A DNA stretch of 64,000 nt, taken from positions 32,001 through 96,000 of IMG/VR virus record IMGVR_UViG_3300026097_001223, one strand, 5' to 3'. Under the pieces are notes generated by a model. That model made no database searches and had not been told where the DNA came from. It saw only the letters and a program-made list of their open reading frames with translations. How positions within the stretch are numbered: position 1 is the stretch's first letter; the number at the start of each line of letters is the position of its first letter. A program made the position numbers and the translations under genes. Source of the stretch: a virus. Of the stretch, positions 47,856 to 56,142 are shown one piece after another.

Positions 47856-48886
47856 TCAGCCCAGCCTGTTAGATAGTCTTCTATTCTTATGCCTTTTAAT
47901 TGATCTTGTCTTGCAATATCCTGCTTTGCATGCTCTAGTATGCTATAGTGTGGTATGCTGTCTACGCTGTGATCGAGATAGTGTATTGCATGCACTGGGT
48001 TTGTGTTTAACACTTCTGCATACATATCTGTGGTCATTACTCCTGGTCGATAGTAATCGGGTTCTTCGATGCTTTTTGCTAGATAAGGAATATCATTGTT
48101 ATCGAGCCAATCAAGAGTTTGATCAATGTAGCGAATGTTGAGATTGCTGATCATTACACTGGCACTGAGATTAGATGTTATTTGTTTATAGTAGGCAACA
48201 TTGTCTGAAAAGTCTGCCCATTTTACTGGATATCGCATGTATTCATATACCGGGCCAATACCATCCATGCTGATGCAAAGATTCAAGTTAGTAAATTGTT
48301 TCAGCAGGTTTTCTTGGTCTTGGTTAAGCTTAACCGAGGCATTCGTAACCATAGTAACAAATAGATCAGTACGTCCGGATTGTGTCAGTTTGTGCAACAC
48401 TCGCCAGTTTTGTTTTTCCAGCATTGGTTCTCCGCCTACCATGCTGAGGTATGCTATATTGTCCCAGTCTATTCCTACATCATTGATATCCTGCGTCATG
48501 TACTTTACTGGCAATCCTTCCGTGAACTGCCAGGCTGTGCTTGCTTCTGGTCCACATGTTACGCAAAGACCGTTGCAGAGATTACTGGTATACAGTTTTA
48601 ACATGTAGGTAGTTGTGTTGCCATCCACAGCATCTTCTGCTATTTTTTCTATATCTTTGTCTAACAACCAATCCATTGTGCTGTTGTGTGTTTGTCTTTC
48701 ACTGACAGCACCACGATCTTCTGCTCGCCAACAGGTGGCACATGCAGGATGACGTGCTCCATTTTTTATGCTATCCTGTACACTTGCTCGACTTGTGCCA
48801 CGAGGCCATCTACAGCATCCAATATTGTCGAAGGTCTGTCCGTCGGTTTCATAACAGTGAAAAGGAATAACGCAAAAAACATCCAT
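47843..48886 (-). CDS. Radical SAM protein with an N-terminal Cys cluster
   Basis: CNGLCVTC, VGGEP, TNAS and ISMDG; N-terminal C..PF...GCC...CATC. Confidence 0.9.
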   Translation of the reverse strand: MDVFCVIPFHCYETDGQTFDNIGCCRWPRGTSRASVQDSIKNGARHPACATCWRAEDRGAVSERQTHNSTMDWLLDKDIEKIAEDAVDGNTTTYMLKLYTSNLCNGLCVTCGPEASTAWQFTEGLPVKYMTQDINDVGIDWDNIAYLSMVGGEPMLEKQNWRVLHKLTQSGRTDLFVTMVTNASVKLNQDQENLLKQFTNLNLCISMDGIGPVYEYMRYPVKWADFSDNVAYYKQITSNLSASVMISNLNIRYIDQTLDWLDNNDIPYLAKSIEEPDYYRPGVMTTDMYAEVLNTNPVHAIHYLDHSVDSIPHYSILEHAKQDIARQDQLKGIRIEDYLTGWADYFK

Positions 48887-48891
48887 GCGTC

Positions 48892-48897
48892 TATTTA
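48892..48897 (-). promoter_or_regulatory. Late promoter TAAATA on the minus strand, 5 nt before ATG
   Basis: TATTTA on +, with exactly 5 nt to CAT at 48884-48886. Confidence 0.65.
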
Positions 48898-48917
48898 ATC
48901 ATTCTATTATCATAAAA

Positions 48918-48923
48918 TAAATA
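48918..48923 (+). promoter_or_regulatory. Late promoter core TAAATA
   Basis: Divergent from the minus-strand copy; upstream of the 48946 and 49196 genes. Confidence 0.6.
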
Positions 48924-48945
48924 CTTTAACTTGAGAACACCACCG

Positions 48946-49209
48946 ATGCAAAAACAAACAAAAAGTATACTAGAAGAACTCGAAGATCTGCATAACAATC
49001 GTTTTGCAGAAAAAGACAAACACTATGCTCTTGAATCTCGTGCTGTTAATGTATTAACCAATGTTAATAGATTTTTAGAAGGGTTAACTGAAAGTTACAC
49101 TGCCGAAGACGCTGAATATCTAGAAAGAAAATTCTACAATGCCATGAAAACCGGCGACAGCAAAAAATTTGTAAGAGCAATTAGAAGAGTAGCAGATGAC
49201 AACGAATGA
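48946..49209 (+). CDS. Small helical hypothetical protein
   Basis: MQKQTKSILEELE...; ATG 48946 is preferred over TTG 48931. Confidence 0.7.
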   Translation: MQKQTKSILEELEDLHNNRFAEKDKHYALESRAVNVLTNVNRFLEGLTESYTAEDAEYLERKFYNAMKTGDSKKFVRAIRRVADDNE

Positions 49210-51049
49210 GCATCTACTGGAAGGTGGTAATGTCTTTAAAGACGCCTCTGGCAAACCTACTACACAGCGTATCAATCAACGCGACATTCCTCCCACGGTT
49301 AGTTGGCTAGAGAAAGTAACTGGCCTGCCTCTCATGGACACAATGCTAGGCAGTACCGGTAAAAAGCCTTCATCCGGAGACATTGACCTGGGAATTGATG
49401 CAAACACTGTTCAAAAAGACGCAGTGTACAATCGTCTAGTTACCTGGGCAAAAAACAACGATCTTGATCCCAACGAATATGTAGCTCGCACTGGCATAAG
49501 TGTACATTTTAAAACTCCAATTCGCGGAAATCCTGAGCTGGGCTTTGTGCAGGCTGATCTCATGTTTGTGCCAGACATGCGTTTTGCACAATTTATGATG
49601 ACACAAGACCCAGCCAGCGAGTACAAAGGCATGATTCGCAATGTGCTGATGAACAGTGTTGCAAAAGCCAGTGGATACAAGTTGAGCTTGGACCAAGGAT
49701 TGTTGGATCGCCAAAGCGGCAATACCATAACCAAAGATCCAGATCAGGTAGCTCAATTGCTTTTAAACAAAAATGCCAGTGCAAAAAATCTATTCAGTGT
49801 TGAAGCTATACTGCAAACATTGGCAAATGACCCAGACCGAGATGCTAAACTAGCAGATTTTCGTGGCTTTGCTGAAAAGCAAAACATACAGTTTGAAGAG
49901 GTAGATGTCGATGACGCTGTGGGCATAATGGCCAGACTAAGAGATAGAATTGTCAATCAAGGTATGGACATTATTGTTGAAGCAGAAGCTAGAATACAGC
50001 ATCCAGAAGATGACGTATTTGAAAAAGGCAGTGCCGGTGCTAGAGCCGCACTAAACGCATTAAAAACTGCGGCAGCCAAGCCAAGTTCTACGACTATCAA
50101 GTGGGACGGTAAACCTGCTATTGTGTTTGGCAGAGATGCCCAAGGCAATTTCATTCTCACTGACAAAGGCGGATTCTTAAAAACTGGTGGAACAGGTCTC
50201 GCTCGCAGTCCAGACGATCTAGCCGACTTGCTGGCTCAACGCAAAGGCGATGACAGAAGTGAACTTATTCAACAGTACAGAAATATTTGGCCATTGATTC
50301 AAAGCATTACACCGCGCAACTTAAAAGGATTTGTGCAAGCTGACTTGCTGTATGTAGGAACACCCAGCGAACGAAATGGAGAGTTTGTGTTTACGCCAAA
50401 CATAGTAACCTATTCAGTGCCAGTCGACAGTGACCTTGGACAAGGAATTGCCAACAGCAAGCTAGGACTAGCTGTGCATAGCTATATAGAAAATCCGCAG
50501 AGTGATGCAAAGCCTATCAGTCCGGATGTGCTAGCAGATAATCCAGATGTACTTGCATTAGGCAGTAGCACTGGTATTACACAAGCAGTAGAGTTAAACA
50601 CTGCTGCTGTAAAAAAAGCAGAACAGTTGTTAGGTCGATATTCTAGAGATATTGATCAATTTTTAAATCCCAACGAATTGCGAGCGCAAAAAATCACAAA
50701 CTTGCCTGCGTTGTTAAAACAGTTTATCAATGTGCGAGTACGTCAAGGCAGTTTTGACAATCTAGCACAAGGGTTTCTAGAGTGGGTAGCTACAAAAGAA
50801 ACTGCTGCAAAAGTACAAAGAATACAGCAGTGGGCTCAGCAATATCAAACAGGTTTCAAAGCTGCTATCGGCGTGTTCATGGCAATCAGTGCTATCAAAA
50901 CGGATCTTGTAAAAAAACTAGATGCCAGCGGGCCTGGTGTTAAGGCCAGCATAGACAACGAGCCTGGGCATGAAGGATATGTAGGGCACGGATACAAGTA
51001 TGTGGATCGAGCACGATTTAGCAAAGCAAACTTTGCGCAAAACATATAA
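49196..51049 (+). CDS. Fusion of a Pol-beta-superfamily nucleotidyltransferase and a KxDG ligase-like adenylyltransferase domain
   Basis: LGSTGKKPSSGDIDL...VQADL in the N-half; IKWDG, VQADL, HEGYV and YKYVDR (ligase motifs I, III, IV, V) in the C-half. Confidence 0.65.
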   Translation: MTTNEHLLEGGNVFKDASGKPTTQRINQRDIPPTVSWLEKVTGLPLMDTMLGSTGKKPSSGDIDLGIDANTVQKDAVYNRLVTWAKNNDLDPNEYVARTGISVHFKTPIRGNPELGFVQADLMFVPDMRFAQFMMTQDPASEYKGMIRNVLMNSVAKASGYKLSLDQGLLDRQSGNTITKDPDQVAQLLLNKNASAKNLFSVEAILQTLANDPDRDAKLADFRGFAEKQNIQFEEVDVDDAVGIMARLRDRIVNQGMDIIVEAEARIQHPEDDVFEKGSAGARAALNALKTAAAKPSSTTIKWDGKPAIVFGRDAQGNFILTDKGGFLKTGGTGLARSPDDLADLLAQRKGDDRSELIQQYRNIWPLIQSITPRNLKGFVQADLLYVGTPSERNGEFVFTPNIVTYSVPVDSDLGQGIANSKLGLAVHSYIENPQSDAKPISPDVLADNPDVLALGSSTGITQAVELNTAAVKKAEQLLGRYSRDIDQFLNPNELRAQKITNLPALLKQFINVRVRQGSFDNLAQGFLEWVATKETAAKVQRIQQWAQQYQTGFKAAIGVFMAISAIKTDLVKKLDASGPGVKASIDNEPGHEGYVGHGYKYVDRARFSKANFAQNI

Positions 51050-51063
51050 TTTTATATCTGTGG

Positions 51064-51069
51064 TAAATA
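51064..51069 (+). promoter_or_regulatory. Late promoter core TAAATA
   Basis: Followed by SD AGGAG before ATG 51109. Confidence 0.65.
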
Positions 51070-51108
51070 CAACGAGAGCTACAGCTCACCATTTAGGAGA
51101 AAAATATA

Positions 51109-51492
51109 ATGGCAACTTTTACTAAAACAAATGGTACATTGCAACCAGTTTTTGCAACAGATACTGCAGACGGTGCTATCGCCGGTGCAACAAGTCTTGC
51201 AGGCGCACCTGTAAACCTACAGGGTCCTAAGCTAGACTTCTTTACACTGACTGCTAATGCATCAGTTAACACTGCTGGTAACACAAGCGGCTACCTTACA
51301 GACGTTATCAATGCTGTTCAGCAAAAAGCAACAGTGGCTATGTATCAAGTAGACGGCACTAACATTTCATTGGGCGTATACCCAGCTGGTGCTTACACTA
51401 CAGCTACATTGCTATCAACTGCAAACGTAACCAACGCTACTTTCCAGTTAGATAGTGCACAAGACGTGGGCTTCAAGCTAGCCGACTCTTAA
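51109..51492 (+). CDS. Small, probably abundant structural protein
   Basis: Monocistronic: late promoter, strong SD and terminator; Thr/Ala/Gly-rich. Confidence 0.55.
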   Translation: MATFTKTNGTLQPVFATDTADGAIAGATSLAGAPVNLQGPKLDFFTLTANASVNTAGNTSGYLTDVINAVQQKATVAMYQVDGTNISLGVYPAGAYTTATLLSTANVTNATFQLDSAQDVGFKLADS

Positions 51493-51514
51493 TAGAGCTA
51501 GGTTACTACACGTC

Positions 51515-51545
51515 AAGCCTCGGTTTTGATAGCCGGGGCTTTTTA
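51515..51545 (+). terminator. Rho-independent terminator
   Basis: AAGCCTCGGTT-TTGAT-AGCCGGGGCTT followed by TTTT. Confidence 0.85.
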
Positions 51546-51551
51546 TTGGCT

Positions 51552-51557
51552 TAAATA
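51552..51557 (+). promoter_or_regulatory. Late promoter TAAATA, 5 nt before ATG
   Basis: TAAATA-TCTCG-ATG(51563). Confidence 0.65.
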
Positions 51558-51562
51558 TCTCG

Positions 51563-51985
51563 ATGCATAAAATTCAAGCAACATGCACTTTTGATATTAC
51601 GCCAACAGGTGCCTACAGTTATAGACCAATAGAACTTCCAGGTACTACTAAAAATGGACAAACTGTAGTGGATAAAAAACAATGGTATCATGTTGTTAAT
51701 CAACAGAGAAACTGGGACACAGTGCAGCAATTGCTCGATCTGAGAACACAGGTTGAATCCACCACTGAACCAAAAAAAACGGAAAATCTCTGGCAGTTTG
51801 AATTTAGCATCGATTTACAAAAAATTCACAGCAAACCTGACCAAGCATTAAAAATCATAATGGAAGATTTTCATTCAGTGCCAATTATACTTGATCTGGA
51901 TGAAACTGAAGATCTGTTGCCGTATATCACAACCACTGGAGATAATCCAAATCTCCAATTAAAAATTTTACAAGAGAATAAATAG
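51563..51985 (+). CDS. Hypothetical protein
   Basis: 140 aa; C.FDIT.TG, QQRNWDT and W.FEF motifs. Confidence 0.7.
   Translation: MHKIQATCTFDITPTGAYSYRPIELPGTTKNGQTVVDKKQWYHVVNQQRNWDTVQQLLDLRTQVESTTEPKKTENLWQFEFSIDLQKIHSKPDQALKIIMEDFHSVPIILDLDETEDLLPYITTTGDNPNLQLKILQENK
51979..51984 (+). promoter_or_regulatory. Late promoter TAAATA, 5 nt before ATG
   Basis: TAAATA-GTTAC-ATG(51990). Confidence 0.65.
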
Positions 51986-51989
51986 TTAC

Positions 51990-52256
51990 ATGAACCCAAG
52001 TGAGCTGGAAAAACATCAATTAGAAACACACGTTGAATTGTGTGCTCAACGCTACAAGTATCTTGAAGATAAACTGGAATATCTTGAAAAAAACACTGAT
52101 GAATTAAAAACAATTGTAAGAGAAGTACACGATCTTGTGCAACAGCTAGATCGCAGAAGAAACAGTCAAATCATCGGTTGGGGTATTGCTGTAATTGGTT
52201 CACTGGTTGGTATCATCTCTTATCTCTTCATAGGATTCATCAACTCTGTAGGCTAA
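51990..52256 (+). CDS. Coiled-coil protein with a C-terminal transmembrane helix (holin/XhlA-like possibility)
   Basis: LETHVELCAQRY coiled coil, then IIGWGIAVIGSLVGIISYLFIGF. Confidence 0.5.
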   Translation: MNPSELEKHQLETHVELCAQRYKYLEDKLEYLEKNTDELKTIVREVHDLVQQLDRRRNSQIIGWGIAVIGSLVGIISYLFIGFINSVG

Positions 52257-52259
52257 ATA
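52254..52259 (+). promoter_or_regulatory. Late promoter core TAAATA
   Basis: Followed by SD-like AAGGA before ATG 52283. Confidence 0.6.
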
Positions 52260-52282
52260 CAGTCAAAGGAATCTACAAAATT

Positions 52283-53236
52283 ATGAAACTCAATGAATTA
52301 GACTTTATTGATTCTAAGTATGCTGCACAGCGTATGTTGGAATCACGCTATGGTCAAACGATCGACTTTGATCGTTTAACACCCACTAAAGCTCGTGAAA
52401 TGCACAGCCGTGTGCAAAACATGCTCGAAGCGCAACAAAACACCAGCACTGGGTTTGTAAGAGAAAACAACAGTGAATATATGAAACTGGTGCTTATAAA
52501 CAAGATCCTGGAAAGCACAATTGAAGAAGACGACACCTTGCCAGTGGACATGAAAGATCCAAAGGTTCGTGGTGTTATGGACAAGATCAAAAGAAATCAA
52601 AATCTTTCTCCGGACGAACAAAAAATGGCCAACAAACTTGCAGCAATGCAAGCAGAAGGCAAAGACCAAGACAGAAAACCTCCATTTGAGCCCGATGAAT
52701 CATCCATTGATACGGACAAGTATGGAAACAAAATCAAAAAGAAAAATGTACCTAAACATCTCGCCAAAAAAGGCATGCGCAAGTCGATGCAAACGCAAGA
52801 TATCAACGAAGGCACTGAAATACAAACAGCACAAGTGGTACTGGCTGCCAAAGACATGGGCGATCGGCTACAAAAAATGTTGCAAGATGTAAGCGAAATG
52901 CAATTCAAAGATCTGCCGGCAGTGGTCGAAAGCGCCAAAAGCGAAGTAGGCACAGAGCAAGCTGATCAATTCAGTCAAGCAGCTACTAAAGCGTTGCAGG
53001 ATCTATTGATGGCAACTCAACAAGCCAAACAGGAAATGGATCAAGCAATGGGCGCACTCACAGGTGAAGGCATGTCTGTGCCCACGGACAGTGCAGAAGT
53101 TGACACAGACATTGATGCTATCAGTGACACAGATGATGACTTTGCTGTGGACATCGAAACAAACACAGACGAAATGCCTGAGATTGATGTTGACACAGAT
53201 GATGACGCAGCGTCAGTAGGCAGAGCCGAGCGATAA
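52283..53236 (+). CDS. Acidic helical hypothetical protein (possible prohead core/internal protein)
   Basis: MKLNELDF start, Glu-rich junctions and acidic tail. ATG 52283 is preferred over the overlapping track start. Confidence 0.55.
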   Translation: MKLNELDFIDSKYAAQRMLESRYGQTIDFDRLTPTKAREMHSRVQNMLEAQQNTSTGFVRENNSEYMKLVLINKILESTIEEDDTLPVDMKDPKVRGVMDKIKRNQNLSPDEQKMANKLAAMQAEGKDQDRKPPFEPDESSIDTDKYGNKIKKKNVPKHLAKKGMRKSMQTQDINEGTEIQTAQVVLAAKDMGDRLQKMLQDVSEMQFKDLPAVVESAKSEVGTEQADQFSQAATKALQDLLMATQQAKQEMDQAMGALTGEGMSVPTDSAEVDTDIDAISDTDDDFAVDIETNTDEMPEIDVDTDDDAASVGRAER

Positions 53237-53571
53237 TGTTAATTCGTGAATTTGAGGAACAAAGCAACGATCGATTGATTGCATTGGTGCAGTTCCTCAA
53301 AGGCAGAATGCAGGACACAGACAGCGAAGCTAGTATCAGTGTAGATTCTTTTATTAAACTGGCTAGAGACATGGGGGTTGCAGTTTCTGAACGCAGCCTT
53401 CGTGATCTAGTGGAAAAGCCACCTCTTAGTAATCTAATCACCAGTGTTGACCAAGACCGTGTGCGGTTTGGCGGCACAGACAACCCAGCAGATCCTGAAA
53501 CCATGAGTGTCGACGACGCACAAGATGCAGTTGACAAAATGGCTAAACGAGCTGCAAAAAAAGGTTTATAA
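53236..53571 (+). CDS. Hypothetical protein
   Basis: MLIREFEE start; 1-nt overlap. Confidence 0.7.
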   Translation: MLIREFEEQSNDRLIALVQFLKGRMQDTDSEASISVDSFIKLARDMGVAVSERSLRDLVEKPPLSNLITSVDQDRVRFGGTDNPADPETMSVDDAQDAVDKMAKRAAKKGL

Positions 53572-53593
53572 TTCTTAACAAGCGTTGTATAAT
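53565..53593 (+). promoter_or_regulatory. Sigma70-like promoter, 6 nt before ATG
   Basis: TTTATA-N17-TATAAT-N6-ATG(53600). Confidence 0.5.
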
Positions 53594-53599
53594 AGCACA

Positions 53600-54283
53600 A
53601 TGCTTATATCTAAATTCGAATATCATACTCTCAAGCGCGAAAGCGTAAACGGCAAACGATTGTACGCTACTCCTGATGGCCTTAAACTGCCCAGTGTAAC
53701 TACCATCCTTGACAAAACCAAACCCAAAGAAAAAATTGAAGCACTTGCAAACTGGCGTAAACGAGTAGGGCACGAAAAGGCTCAACAAATAACCACCGAG
53801 GCTGCAAATCGCGGTACACGCATGCATACCTATCTAGAACGCTATATTCTCAATGGTGTTCACGAAGAAAAAACCAGTAACCCTTACAGTTGGCAAAGTC
53901 ATGACATGGCGCAGATAGTAATCAACGAAGGGCTAGACAAAGTAGATGAATACTGGGGCGTAGAAGTTCCGTTGTACTTTCCTGAAGTGTATGCCGGAAC
54001 CACAGACTGCGTGGGTCTTTACGAAGGTAAGTCTGCAATAATGGACTTTAAACAAACCAACAAGCCTAAAAAAACCGAGTGGATTGAAGATTACTTTTTA
54101 CAATTGTGTGCATACGGGGAAGCACACAACGAAGTTTATGGTACAGACATCACTCGCGGAGTTATATTGATGTGCAGCAAAGACTGCGAGTATCAAGAGT
54201 GGGTGCTAGAAGGTCAAGACTGGGAGAAATACCGAGATCTTTGGTGGCGCAGAGTTGAAGAGTACTATGTAAAACATAGATAA
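53600..54283 (+). CDS. PD-(D/E)xK exonuclease (Cas4/MGME1-like)
   Basis: LPSVTTIL, RGT.MH, YAGTTD, IMDFKQ and LQL.AY. Confidence 0.85.
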   Translation: MLISKFEYHTLKRESVNGKRLYATPDGLKLPSVTTILDKTKPKEKIEALANWRKRVGHEKAQQITTEAANRGTRMHTYLERYILNGVHEEKTSNPYSWQSHDMAQIVINEGLDKVDEYWGVEVPLYFPEVYAGTTDCVGLYEGKSAIMDFKQTNKPKKTEWIEDYFLQLCAYGEAHNEVYGTDITRGVILMCSKDCEYQEWVLEGQDWEKYRDLWWRRVEEYYVKHR

Positions 54284-54286
54284 ATA
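54281..54286 (+). promoter_or_regulatory. Late promoter TAAATA, 5 nt before ATG
   Basis: TAAATA-TCATT-ATG(54292). Confidence 0.65.
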
Positions 54287-54291
54287 TCATT

Positions 54292-56142
54292 ATGGCAATA
54301 GTACAGATATCCCGCATTACCCACAGAAAAGGTCTCCAAGAGAATCTACCGCAACTAGACGGCGGTGAATTAGGTTGGAGCACCGACAGTCAGCGACTGT
54401 TTATTGGCAACGGCACCACTGAAGAACCGCCTGCAGGCGACGGTGCTCCAGCTGTAGGTAATACAGAAATTCTCACTGAGCACAGTGACATTTTTGATAT
54501 CATTGGCAACTATACCTACAAAGGCCAAGAAGCAGGGTACACTGTACAAACTGGCGCTAGCGCAAACAATGCAGTAGAACGCAGTTTACAGAACAAGCTA
54601 GACGATCATGCAAGTGTAAGAGACTTTGGTGCTGTAGGTGACGGACAAACTGACGATACAGCTGCCATTAACAGAGCATTTTTTCAACTGTTCTGTCGCA
54701 GTGCCACTGAACTTTCACGTAGAAGTTTGTTTTTTCCAGCAGGTGAGTATCTGGTTTCTAGTACAATATTAATCCCCCCGTATGCCAGAGTATGCGGCGA
54801 AGGCATTGACAGTACCACAATCAAGTATGCACCAACAGAATGGAGCGAAACTGAGTCTTACACTGCAGGACAAGGTGTTATTAAAAGTACACTAGCCAAT
54901 CAAGGTCGTTACGAAGCCATACAAGACGTGCCAGCAGGCACAGCAGTTGACAACACAAATTACTGGAAATCTGTTGATGGGTATGTTGTGAGAACTTCTG
55001 ACAATGATCAAGAAGTTGGTGCAAACAACGGCATTTTTGGAAGAACAAGCAGTCGCTATAATATCATTGACGGCATGACATTTCAAAGCAATCAACCCTT
55101 GAGCAACGATTTTCCAGTGACAATTGCATTGGTAGGCAGTGCACGTGATTGTACCTTTAGAAACTGTGCCTTCCGTGGACCAGCTACCAGTACCAGTGAA
55201 CTTGGTATAATTTCTGAAACAGAAGCGGCGCCAGCAATTGACGAACTGTTTCCGGAGACCTATGGGTTTCAAATCACTTCACCTTTGCGTGGCGACAGCA
55301 GTACACTGGTCACTAGAGGTATCATCCTGGATAGCTGTTTATTTTCTGGACAAAGTCGAGGTGTGTATGCGCAGGATGATGTCGAAGGCATCACAGTACA
55401 AAACAGCACATTTGAAACACTGTTTCAGGGTGTTCACCTGAACAAAGCTGCAGGCACAATTGGTCCTACTGGATTCCGTGCAGTGCAAAATAGATTTGAT
55501 AACATCTACAGCAATGGATTGATCTTTGACGAAAGTGAAAGAAATATCAGTGGCTATAACATCTTTGAAAATGTAGGGAATGCCGGTAATATTCCTGACT
55601 ATAAACAATCTATTGTGGTTATAACTGATCGAAACAATCTCAGCATTGGTGATGTGTTTTTGCGCACAGACGCCGACGCTCTAGAGGCTCCTAGAATCGA
55701 CATAGGAGATGCTGAAAGTCTAGCAATTGAAATGGCGGAGCGTATCAGTCTTGGCAGCTACAATAGAGATGTAGGACACACCGAAACACTAAACAATAAT
55801 ACATCTGCGGCAACCACTATCATTACCAAAGACGCTTACCCTACAGTGGGCGATCCTGAACAGAGTGTGTTAAGAGCATTTAAAATGACCTACACAATCT
55901 ATAGAGGAACGTCTGTGCGAACTGGTCTGTTAACTGTTGTAGGCAGTGTCAGTGATGAAAGCAGCAGCACACTTACATTTGAGGATGATTATCACGAAAA
56001 CTCTGACACAGGAATTACACTGTCAGTTGATCAAACAGGTGAAGATGTATCAGTCCAATACACTAGTACCAACACCGGTGAAGATGCTACAATTCGTTTT
56101 AGCATTCAGTACATGACTGCGGCTGGTATACCGTCTGCATAG
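54292..56142 (+). CDS. Tail fibre/tailspike-like protein: Mtd-type N-terminus + pectate-lyase-like beta-helix
   Basis: LPQL.GGELGW.TD..RLFIGNG N-terminus; SVRDFGAVGDG.TDDTAAI.RA and LFFPAG.YL beta-helix start. Confidence 0.75.
   Translation: MAIVQISRITHRKGLQENLPQLDGGELGWSTDSQRLFIGNGTTEEPPAGDGAPAVGNTEILTEHSDIFDIIGNYTYKGQEAGYTVQTGASANNAVERSLQNKLDDHASVRDFGAVGDGQTDDTAAINRAFFQLFCRSATELSRRSLFFPAGEYLVSSTILIPPYARVCGEGIDSTTIKYAPTEWSETESYTAGQGVIKSTLANQGRYEAIQDVPAGTAVDNTNYWKSVDGYVVRTSDNDQEVGANNGIFGRTSSRYNIIDGMTFQSNQPLSNDFPVTIALVGSARDCTFRNCAFRGPATSTSELGIISETEAAPAIDELFPETYGFQITSPLRGDSSTLVTRGIILDSCLFSGQSRGVYAQDDVEGITVQNSTFETLFQGVHLNKAAGTIGPTGFRAVQNRFDNIYSNGLIFDESERNISGYNIFENVGNAGNIPDYKQSIVVITDRNNLSIGDVFLRTDADALEAPRIDIGDAESLAIEMAERISLGSYNRDVGHTETLNNNTSAATTIITKDAYPTVGDPEQSVLRAFKMTYTIYRGTSVRTGLLTVVGSVSDESSSTLTFEDDYHENSDTGITLSVDQTGEDVSVQYTSTNTGEDATIRFSIQYMTAAGIPSA

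Noticed and set aside
53600-54283. Possible CRISPR-Cas system suggested by the Cas4-like nuclease
   Set aside because: No regularly spaced direct repeats and no other cas genes were seen anywhere in the window.
54292-56142. Diversity-generating retroelement suggested by the Mtd-type N-terminus
   Set aside because: No reverse transcriptase and no TR/VR repeat pair differing at adenines were seen; only the N-terminal assembly domain resembles Mtd.
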